This document shows, piece by piece, positions 32,801 to 42,051 of a DNA stretch of 64,000 nucleotides; within the stretch, counting starts at the first letter, position 1, and each line of letters begins with the position of its first letter. The position numbers and the translations under genes are program-made. Origin of the DNA: Naegleria gruberi (Eukaryota); assembly GCA_000004985.1 (NCBI GenBank), contig GG738847.1; one strand, given 5' to 3'. The notes beneath the pieces are model-generated. The model had not been told where the DNA came from and did not search any database. It saw nothing but the letters and a program-made list of their open reading frames with translations.

Positions 32801-35148
32801 TTTGGGAAGCAATGATGATGCAACTATCCACCTCTCAAAGAATATCTTTCTCATTCCAAAGAATTTCATCCCACTATTCGGATTTGTTTGTGTTGTTCTA
32901 GTATTTTTGAGTTTTGGTATGATGTACTATGAAACCAGTGTCAATGTTAACAATACTCATGTTTCTGGCTCAGCCATCAAGGATGGTACTGCACTTATCA
33001 GAGTTGTTCACAGAATGGTCTATAGAGTGAGTGAATACTTTACCTATTTCAGTTTGCCTTCAGGTCTTCCAAATAATGATCCACTATTAACCACTCAGAC
33101 AGAATTGATTGGTTATAGAGCTAACGTAAAGGCATATCTTACTGAATTGAACAACCGATTCAATATGCTTGTCTATGGTTATGGTGGTAAACAAGAAGTT
33201 GTTGGAACCTATGAAAAAGTAGATCAACTTTTGAAAGGAGTTGCAAATTGCTCTCATTCTTACCCAAATGCGACATTCATTGAAGAGTTCCAACACTGCT
33301 ACGGTATTGAGAAGATGATTTCCATATTTGCCTCTGATACAGCTCAATTGAACGAAAGATTTTGGAATGCTGGATTCTACAATCGAACCATTGAGGCCTA
33401 TACTCTGTTGTTCAAGCTCTTTGCTATGGGTGATAAACTCTCAGACCAGATGAACATATTCATGACAACATTTGTCCAATATGCCTCCACACCAAGTGTA
33501 ACTATTATTTCAGTCTTTACCATATTTAGTCTACTTTCCTTACTATTGCTCAATTATCAATTGTACTTATCAATGGTGTCTCACTTTAGCCACGTTCAAT
33601 CTTTAAGATCAATGCTAAATTATATCCCTCTCAATATTCTTGATAGTAATGAGCATTTGAGAAACTTTATCTTGTATAATTCTGTACCAAATGGATTGGT
33701 TGAACTCTTCCAAAGAAAGAACAAGAAACAAAATAGTGGCGACTCATCTAATGTGAGAAGTATTCTTAATGCCTCTGTAGATGGTTCCATCTTGTGTAAT
33801 GAATCTGGTTTGATTGACTTGATAAATCCTGCAGCCCAAAGAATGTTTGGTTATAAACAATCTGATATTGTAGGTGCTCAAGTATTCACAATGTTCGAAA
33901 AGAAGGATAGAGAATTACTGGAAAAGACTGTTGCCGATCTCAAAGCACAAGCCAAAGGAAATGGAGAAGCCAATGCTGGTGAGTCCTTAGAATTGGAATG
34001 TGTAAGAAGAAATCAAACAACCTTTCCATCCTCTGTGAACATCTTTGTGGCTCTCTTTGATGGTATTCCAGTTTTGGCATTCATCATTAAGGATGTAACA
34101 CAAGAAAAGAAGCACAATGCATTATTGGCTGAAGAAAAATCCAAATCCGAACATTTGTTGAGAAACATCTTACCTGAAGCTGTTGCAGCCAAGTTGAAAG
34201 CAGGAGAGACATTCATTGCCGAAAAGTTTGGAGACATTACATGTTTCTTCTCCGACATGGTGGGATTTACAAGTTTGAGTTCAGATATGAATCCTACTGA
34301 ACTGGTAGGCATGTTGAATAATATTGTTAATGGATTTGATGCCTTGACTGATAAATATCATTTGGAGAAGATTAAGACCATTGGTGACGCATATTTTGTA
34401 AGTAATTTTCACATTTCTTAACCATTCAAACATTTTTCTTCCTGTATTATGCAAAAATCTTTAAAAGGCTGTTGGTGGACTGCACGCAAATGCTACTTCT
34501 GACCATCCGGAAAGAACTCTTCGATTTGCAATAGACACTTTCACTGTTATTCATGATTACAATATTACAGCCATGAACCCAATTTCTAAACAAATTAATA
34601 TTCGTATTGGTCTCAATACTGGTGGTGTGAGTAAGTAGCAGTATTAATTATTTAGTCATCCTAATAATATATTTCCTAAATTCTTAAATTGAATTGCATT
34701 TTCACACACGTGAATTAATTTGTTTTCAACAGTTGCTGGTGTCATTGGTACGAAGAAATTTGCCTATGATTTGTGGGGAGATACCATTAATACAGCCTCT
34801 AGAATGGAATCTACTTCAAAACCAGGTCGTATTCAAGTCAGTCGATCCACCTATGAAAGAGTTTACGATTTAGGATTTGATTTTGAAGAAAGAAAAGTAG
34901 AAGTGAAAGGAAAGGGATTATGCAATACCTATCTACTCAATTCAAGACATCACACGAATGCAGTGATTGAAAATGATGAACCATCAAATATACAAATATT
35001 AGAATTTAAATCTCATGAATCCCATGATCACTATCAATCAAAAGTAAAAACAGCCCACTCCATAGCTACAATTGAAGAAATCAAGACAAAACCTCCAACA
35101 CCAACTACAGAAGATTTGAAAAGAGCTTCATCAGTACAACAAATGTAA
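29889..35148 (+). CDS. Membrane adenylyl cyclase (about 1695 aa) with two clusters of transmembrane segments, a PAS domain and one class III cyclase catalytic domain. It has 3 exons at 29889..34397, 34468..34630 and 34733..35148, with introns of 70 and 102 nt.
   Basis: Cyclase motifs are split across the exons: FSDMVGFTSL...EKIKTIGDAYF, then AVGGLHANA...RIGLNTGGVI, then AGVIGTKKFAYDLWGDTINTASRMES. The substrate-specifying Lys (EKIKTIGD) and Asp (YDLWG) indicate ATP rather than GTP. The PAS-like region is ILCNESGLIDLINPAAQRMFGYKQSDIVGAQVFTMF. Confidence 0.8.
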
Positions 35149-35652
35149 AACTTCTTGGTTCATATTGAACAAAGCCAATAATGAGCATACTGGCTCGGTT
35201 TATCATGGTGGATTTCATTGTGGTTTTTTTTGGTTGAAGATTAGCATTTTGAGTTAGGCACTCCCATTAAATGTCAAACATCTTCTAATCATGAAATAAG
35301 CGATGGCTCTTCAGTAAATTCTACTCGCAACTTGCCCCACCATTGAATACTGTGAAAAAAAAACAAATCAAAAGATCAATAGTTGACTGGCTAATATAAA
35401 TACAATACACCCTTCAAATTCTTCAGACTCACCACTAATTAAATTGCATCAACAAGGAACAATTTGTTCTAAGATTCCCAACAAGTTGTTACCTGCCAAG
35501 AATATTTTTATCAACCAAACAACTGCCAAACATCAACAATCAAAAAAGAAAGCGGCCAACCAACCTTTCTTCTCATCATCTTTTTGTCATCCAACTCAAC
35601 TGCTCCACCATCAAATCAAACTCCACCATCAATATAACACTTCTCATCAAGA

Positions 35653-38409
35653 ATGGTCAAGAAACTCTTTGGCATCTCCTCCAACACTTCCAGCCACCAA
35701 CAAAACGTTCATCAACCGGCCACCACCTTCATGGTCGTTGATGATCCCTCCGTTTTGCAAGGTTTCTACAATGAACAACAACAAAATCAACAACACCACA
35801 ACGCCCTCCTCAATAATAGTACAAACAATGCCGCCTTTTTTAATACCACAGGACTCTCACAGCAACAACAACAGCAATTTCTTATTAATCAGTTCGCATC
35901 TGCTGCGTCATCAGTATCTTCTTCTTCTTCTGTTGGTGGTGGTGGAGGAGTTGGAGGAGGCTTCTCATCAAGCCTTCCGAATAATAATAACATGATGAAT
36001 ACAAGTAATAATACAAATAATAATAACTTTTCATCATTTGGTATTGGCAATAACGGTAACATTTTCATCACTAGTAATAATAATAATAATATGAATAATA
36101 ATATGAATAATAACATGATGATTAGCAATATGAATAATAATATGAATAACAATAATAATAACGTCAATAACTTTATGATGCAAACATCGTCATCATACAA
36201 TACTAATAATAATAACAATATCTTTCGTTTAGATGACAATAACAATTCACGTGCGTTCCTATTCGGCCAAGGTTCTTCATCCACTTCAACTTCCAATAAT
36301 AATAATGGTTTTATTGTAAATAATGTTAATACTAACAATAATAATACAAATATAAATACAAATACAAATACTACTACTCAACAATCACAACAACAACCAC
36401 CACAACAACTTGTAAATATCGTTCTAAATAATAATGGTGTATCTAAATATGCTCCGGTTATCAAGTGGTCAGTGGCTCCTAGTACAGCTTATTCATTTTC
36501 CAATAATCAATCAACTGCCAATATGATTAGTAATGAAGCTGACAATATCATGAGTCAAACATTGATTGATCCAGTATTTGGACCAGATGACTGCAAAATT
36601 TCTAAAGGAAACTTCTTAACTAATACGAAACTGTTTTGTCTATCTGAACAAACTTTGAGAGATTTTCAATATTTGAGACCAAGTGTTCAAACTGATAACT
36701 TGTATCACTTGGCAGAGATGGAAAATGAGAGTTCTTGGCTTCCAAATGATAGAATTGCACCAAAGAAAACTACTCATAATTGTCTAGTTAATGATTGGTT
36801 GGTTTTCTGTAGTCAAGATCCTCAATTATTGAAATTAGTTGGAAGATACATCAATGGAGCATCTAATACTGATGTTCAATTGTTTGCTGACTTTGTTCTA
36901 GTCACTAGTAATAATCACGATGAGGATAGTAGAGAATCTTTATTTGGAAAACAAAGATTCAAGGGAGGAATTCCATTACAAATGAAATTGGTCAGAAATT
37001 CTGCAAATAATGCAAATATGACACCACTCTTGTATTTTGAAAAGAGGATTAACAGAGAATCAGTTAATAATAAGGATGCACCAAGTGCAAGTGGAATGGG
37101 AGGCAAACGTGTTGCCCAACTTCGTATCTATTTGAAAGATAGTAATCAAGAGATTTGTTTGGTGCACTCTGAAGGTTTTTGGGTGAGAACCAAGAGCAGA
37201 GAGGAGATTCATAGAACTAGTCCAAGAGAACTTCAAGTTCAAGCTCCACCACAAGAAACAACTCAAAAGAAGAAGAGACATGCATTCTATGGCCTCTTCC
37301 AAGGTAATGGTGGCAGAGGAGTGAAGAGAGAGCAAAATGCAATTGTTGTCGAGACTCCTACTAGAGTTTTCATGGATCACCAAGGTAATTTCACCCAAGG
37401 TCTTACTGAAATTGTTTCAGCTCAACAATTCCAACAACAAGATTTGAGTCAAATGAGCAATAGTGCTAGCAGTTACGGATCCAACTCTTACTTGAGCAAT
37501 AGTGGTGGCTTTGTACTTCAAGGAGTTTCACCAATTTCCAATCAAATCCAAATGCAAAATAATGGAAATGAATCTGAAGTCTCCTCATTGAGTTCAACAC
37601 CAAATAATGCCAGTAACTTGTCCGTATCTCAACACAGTTTATCAACCAATGATATTGCAGAAATTTTAAGAGGATTGTCAATTTCCCTTCCAAACAATCA
37701 AGGAGGAGGTGGAGGAGGCCATCATTCTCGTAATTCTTCCTTCACATCACCAAACGGATTGGCAAGCAGTTGTAGTTCAACATCCAGCACTTCATATCTT
37801 CAAATCAATAACAATAATAATTCATCTGATATGGGACTAAATTTCCAATCACTTATTGAACCACAAGGGAGTGAATCTATTGACACTACCATTAACAAGT
37901 TGGATGCAGCCATTAACTTCTTCTCAACCATGAAAGATGCTTATATGAAGCTTAAGAATAATCAAACTTCGGATATGCCAAACATGGGAGAATTGTATGC
38001 TCAATTCAGCTCTTCATTACAAGATAAGAGAAAAGACAAGGGATTCAAGAGAGTGAGACAAGGAAATGAATCAGGAGCTGTTTCTCCACAATCCAATCAC
38101 TCTGGAAAGAGTTTGACGGTTCCTTTCAGAACAACATCAACCTCAGCTCCTAACACTTCCGCTCTTAACATGAATGGTTCAAGTCCACTAGTCAACAATG
38201 TCATTTCAAATGTTGGCTATAACCCAAGCGCCTCTTTCAGTGGTAATGGTAATAACAATAATGTTATTAATATGCCATTCCAAAATACTACCTTCATCGC
38301 CCATCCTTCAATCAACAACTTGCCAATGAAGAATTTTGATGGAGATTTGCCACATACACTGTTCAACAGTGCTGATACAGATGCCACCCAAGATATTTTC
38401 AACATGTAA
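35653..38409 (+). CDS. Asn/Gln/Ser/Gly-rich low-complexity protein (918 aa) with a central ordered region of about 300 aa of unknown family.
   Basis: Single ORF with polyQ, polyN and polyG runs. The central segment (about aa 260-560, ...NDWLVFCSQDPQLLKLVGRYINGASNTDVQLFADFVLVTS...) is not low complexity. Confidence 0.55.
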   Translation: MVKKLFGISSNTSSHQQNVHQPATTFMVVDDPSVLQGFYNEQQQNQQHHNALLNNSTNNAAFFNTTGLSQQQQQQFLINQFASAASSVSSSSSVGGGGGVGGGFSSSLPNNNNMMNTSNNTNNNNFSSFGIGNNGNIFITSNNNNNMNNNMNNNMMISNMNNNMNNNNNNVNNFMMQTSSSYNTNNNNNIFRLDDNNNSRAFLFGQGSSSTSTSNNNNGFIVNNVNTNNNNTNINTNTNTTTQQSQQQPPQQLVNIVLNNNGVSKYAPVIKWSVAPSTAYSFSNNQSTANMISNEADNIMSQTLIDPVFGPDDCKISKGNFLTNTKLFCLSEQTLRDFQYLRPSVQTDNLYHLAEMENESSWLPNDRIAPKKTTHNCLVNDWLVFCSQDPQLLKLVGRYINGASNTDVQLFADFVLVTSNNHDEDSRESLFGKQRFKGGIPLQMKLVRNSANNANMTPLLYFEKRINRESVNNKDAPSASGMGGKRVAQLRIYLKDSNQEICLVHSEGFWVRTKSREEIHRTSPRELQVQAPPQETTQKKKRHAFYGLFQGNGGRGVKREQNAIVVETPTRVFMDHQGNFTQGLTEIVSAQQFQQQDLSQMSNSASSYGSNSYLSNSGGFVLQGVSPISNQIQMQNNGNESEVSSLSSTPNNASNLSVSQHSLSTNDIAEILRGLSISLPNNQGGGGGGHHSRNSSFTSPNGLASSCSSTSSTSYLQINNNNNSSDMGLNFQSLIEPQGSESIDTTINKLDAAINFFSTMKDAYMKLKNNQTSDMPNMGELYAQFSSSLQDKRKDKGFKRVRQGNESGAVSPQSNHSGKSLTVPFRTTSTSAPNTSALNMNGSSPLVNNVISNVGYNPSASFSGNGNNNNVINMPFQNTTFIAHPSINNLPMKNFDGDLPHTLFNSADTDATQDIFNM

Positions 38410-38465
38410 TTTTGAAAATATTTCATAATTACCTAAGATTTTATACAACTAAATAAATTTATTTA

Positions 38466-39015
38466 TTATACACTAAACCAATTGAGGCACATTATGAATT
38501 CTCTAAAGTTGATCTTTGCATCCCCATCTTTATCTAAGCTCTTGATTAATTCTTCAAATGGATCAAGATCTTCGTATTTAGTGCAGAGTTTTTCATGGAA
38601 TACTTTGAATTCGTCCAAACTTAGCTTTTTGCTGTTATCCTTATCGAATGTTTTGAATAATTTACAAGCAGTCACAAGAAGTTTGAGATTCTCTCCTCTG
38701 AGAATTGATTTTCTTGTTGCAAGTGCTTCCCAACAATGTAAAAACTCATCAAAACCAATTGTCAAACTTCCATCATTATCCAAGTAGAGATAGATTGCTT
38801 CCAATTCTTCGTTATTGAAATTAAAACCAAGATCTGTAAATAAATTGGATGCTTCCTTCAAATCAATTTCATTATTTCCATTCTGTTTATACAATGAATA
38901 TCTTGTATTAGGTTCCAAGTTAAACAACTAAACCTACCGAATCGTATTTACTGAATAGACTCTTTATTACGTCCTTTTCCTCATCAGAGATGCTTCTTGC
39001 TTCTGTTGTAGTCAT
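38466..39015 (-). CDS. Small EF-hand calcium-binding protein, paralog 1 (about 164 aa). It has 2 exons at 39015..38938 and 38882..38466, with a 55-nt intron.
   Basis: Exon 1 MTTTEARSISDEEKDVIKSLFSKYDS is followed by gtaggt...aaacag. Exon 2 is NGNNEIDLKEASNLFTDLGFNF... and contains EF loops DNDGSLTIGFDEF and DKDGDAKINFREF. Confidence 0.7.
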
Positions 39016-39150
39016 TGTAGTTGTAATTTTTCTTAGTTTTGAAATGTTTTGAAAGTAGGTAAGATACGAGAGAAATATGAAATCCCAACAAATCTCCATC
39101 ATTTTCAATACTTTTCATTGTAAATTATTGTAATAGAAACCATGAAAGAT

Positions 39151-41055
39151 TCAATAACCTGTAAGATGTATCTTGAATTTGTGAAGCACTTCTGGATCAA
39201 CTCCAAGTTCATTCAATTCCGTCAATATACTCTCACTATCGAGTTTTTTCAACTTGATTTGTTCCTTCAAATAAACTAGTGTTTGTCTTTCCCATTCAGC
39301 TTTTAGCTTTGCACTTCCAATGACGTGAGCTAGTTTGTACAATTGATACATATCGGCATCCTCTTGTGAGACATTGTATGAAATAAAGTTCTCACATATT
39401 CTGGCAAGTTTTTGCAGATTGAACAAGTGAGAAATACTCCACAAATCAATGACATTCTGCTTTGTTGGTTGAATGGATTCAGAATAGAGATAACGAACAA
39501 CCTGCTCAAATATTTCCAGATTGTTGCATTGCTCAATGGTAATTAGAGGAATTTCATTGTTTGCTTCCTGCTTTCTAAATTCTTGCCCATCAGAAAATTC
39601 ACAATTTACAATCACATCAAAGAAGATGCTTCTATCCATCAAAAATTGCTTATTACAAAGATACCTTGGAGTTGTTTCTGTTGGATTTTCTGACTTGAAA
39701 GTGATAGCCATATTGAAGGTAAGTTTCTTTAGAGAATTCAAAGAGGATTCCTTCTCATTGTTAGGATCTTTACAAAGTGGAAGAGGATTGAACTCTTCTT
39801 TGATTTGATCATTCATAATTTTAAAAAACTCTTGTTCCATAGTTTTTATAACTTGGCAAGGGAATTTAGTGCCTTGTGGAGCAAAACTAAGGAATGTATT
39901 CTTGATATGCTCTGCCAAAGTTCTTATTCGTAGAGAGTGAGCAACTTGTGCCAATTCGTTAATGCAAGTGACAAAATTCTCTTCAAGGAAAAAGATTTTG
40001 GAATTCTTTTGCTGCATATTAACCATCTTTCCACAATACAACCATACAAGTACAATTTCAAACATTCTTCTCTCAAATGGTACGAGACCAAAATCAATAA
40101 TGGTGAAAAATTCCTTATTAAATTGCTCTAGATTTTTTTCCTTTGCCAATTCTTGATCCACCTCTTGTGTTGTTGGAATTGTGGAATATTTGAATTTTTC
40201 CTTTACATCTTTCTGTTCAATTTTCAAACGAGGTACCTTTTTTCCATATCTTGATGAGTTCTTATTTTTACTGAGTGTATCCAACTCTGTGGCTGTCAAA
40301 TTAAAAGGATATAAATCCATGTCAGAGTGTGTTAATGATTTCTTTAACTCTTCTGTAATTAGACTTGTTCTTTTCTTATTCTGACCTGCCTTTTGTTGCA
40401 ATCCAAACAATACTAATTGAGGCCACCTTGAAAGGAGTATCCACTTTGAACACTTGTACTCTGCAACAGATTTACTACCCTTAAAAGTCATTCTCAATAG
40501 AATGTCATCTTTAGGATTTTCTGTTTCTTGAAGGAAAGATTCCAAAGTAACAAGTGAACTTTCCTCTTCCAATCTCTTTTTAAACGAAGTCTCTTGTTCC
40601 GCAATACTCTTCATGGCATACGACTTCATCAAGTACTCCAAATCATCGTCATGATCTACCTCATCAGAGCCACCACCTGTTGATCGATGAGATTTGTAAT
40701 TATTGTACAATTTTAACATTCTTCTAACTTCCAATGACAAGGCATTCAGGAAACATCTTCCAAACCTATCATCACGATGACCCAAATCACTCAAATATCT
40801 GACCACATTCAATTGGCCACACAAACAAGCATAATACAACATTGAATTTCCATGGCTATCCATAAAATTCTTAGGATCACGAATTGTCGGCAGCAAAGTC
40901 TTGATTCTATTCAAATTTCCAACTTTACACATTGAGAATATTTCATGATTTTGCGAGTGATTATTGGTTGATTTGCGTTCCTTTGGCAAGAGATTTAATA
41001 TTTCTTCATCTTCATCTTTTCCCGAAGTTTGTTCTTGTTGTTGTGATGGAATCAT
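39151..41055 (-). CDS. Ankyrin-repeat protein with two BTB/POZ-like domains (634 aa).
   Basis: The ankyrin region is DSHGNSMLYYACLCGQLNVVRYLSDLGH. The BTB-like blocks are around ILLRMTFKGSKSVAEYKCSKWILLSRWPQL and FFDVIVNCEFSDGQEFRKQEANNEIPLITIEQC...FEQVVRYLYS. Confidence 0.6.
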   Translation of the reverse strand: MIPSQQQEQTSGKDEDEEILNLLPKERKSTNNHSQNHEIFSMCKVGNLNRIKTLLPTIRDPKNFMDSHGNSMLYYACLCGQLNVVRYLSDLGHRDDRFGRCFLNALSLEVRRMLKLYNNYKSHRSTGGGSDEVDHDDDLEYLMKSYAMKSIAEQETSFKKRLEEESSLVTLESFLQETENPKDDILLRMTFKGSKSVAEYKCSKWILLSRWPQLVLFGLQQKAGQNKKRTSLITEELKKSLTHSDMDLYPFNLTATELDTLSKNKNSSRYGKKVPRLKIEQKDVKEKFKYSTIPTTQEVDQELAKEKNLEQFNKEFFTIIDFGLVPFERRMFEIVLVWLYCGKMVNMQQKNSKIFFLEENFVTCINELAQVAHSLRIRTLAEHIKNTFLSFAPQGTKFPCQVIKTMEQEFFKIMNDQIKEEFNPLPLCKDPNNEKESSLNSLKKLTFNMAITFKSENPTETTPRYLCNKQFLMDRSIFFDVIVNCEFSDGQEFRKQEANNEIPLITIEQCNNLEIFEQVVRYLYSESIQPTKQNVIDLWSISHLFNLQKLARICENFISYNVSQEDADMYQLYKLAHVIGSAKLKAEWERQTLVYLKEQIKLKKLDSESILTELNELGVDPEVLHKFKIHLTGY

Positions 41056-41332
41056 TTTTTATGATGATTTATTATTATTAAATAACTCGATTTTGATATC
41101 AAACTAGCCGTAGAGTTCATCCTTGTTCATGTTCTTTCCTCATCTTCAGAATTGATTTGTGAGGTTAAAATTTTAATTTGTAAATTGAATATTTTTTTTT
41201 AAAATTAAAAATTGAAATAAAATTTGGGCGGGAAAATTTTAATATCTCTAAAAAGTTCATTGGTTAAATAAGAGAAAACGTAAACGAATATTCTAATTTG
41301 ATGCCAAATGTCAAACAATCAAAAAAAATAAC

Positions 41333-41956
41333 ATGACATCTATCGTAAAATGTACTGATACTATGGTTATCAAGAGTTTATTTCAAAAGTATGACAAGGT
41401 GAGTTTCGAATATTTATTAAATATTAAATACAAGATATTGTATCAAAAATATACATTCTCCGATCATTAATTTTCATCCTTTAATACTCTAATGACAAAA
41501 TGACATTATTCGAAACTAAACTAAATACAAAAGAATGGGAATGGTCAAATGGGAACTGATGAATTAGGTGATATCCTTCGTGATTTGGGTTTTGATTTTT
41601 CTACTGTTGAAGTTGAAGCTTTACAAATGTATTTGGATAAGAATAATGACGGAGTTTTATCATTTGAAGAATTTTACGAATATTGGGTAAAGATTGCATC
41701 AACAAATGAACTTTCCATGATCCAAAAGAGAGTTGACTTGTTAACTGAAGCTGCAAGTTCATTTAAAGTATACGATACTAATGGAAATCATGTTTTATGT
41801 TTGGATGAATTTGAGAAATTCTACAGAGCACTTTATACTCAACGTGCTGGTGCATCCATGGCAGAAATTGAACAATGTTTGAAGAGTTTGGATTTGGATA
41901 CTAATGGTGTGATTAGTTTCCAAGAATTTATTATTTGGTTGAATTGGCTTCAATAA
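41333..41956 (+). CDS. Small EF-hand calcium-binding protein, paralog 2 (162 aa). It has 2 exons at 41333..41398 and 41534..41956, with a 135-nt intron.
   Basis: Exon 1 MTSIVKCTDTMVIKSLFQKYDK is followed by gtgagt...caaaag. Exon 2 is NGNGQMGTDELGDILRDLGFDF... with EF loops DKNNDGVLSFEEF, DTNGNHVLCLDEF and DLDTNGVISFQEF. It has the same exon-intron structure as paralog 1. Confidence 0.75.
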
Positions 41957-42051
41957 ATATTAATGAAATTTATTGCCCTATTTCACAATGCAATTGACCA
42001 ATCCAATAGTGAATCATTTGGCTTATTTTCTGCTTGATAAATGAATTCGGG

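Noticed and set aside
34398-34732. Alternative donor choices for cyclase intron 2 (GGTG followed by gtgtgagt, versus GGTGGTGTGA followed by gtaagt)
   Set aside because: Only the GTGA-gtaagt join restores the conserved class III motif GLNTGGVIAGVIG in frame. The other choices delete or shift residues.
35889-36338. Minus-strand 149-aa Leu-rich ORF and the overlapping +-frame ORF 35444..35995
   Set aside because: This is antisense or out-of-frame reading of the AAT/CAA low-complexity region of the 918-aa gene.
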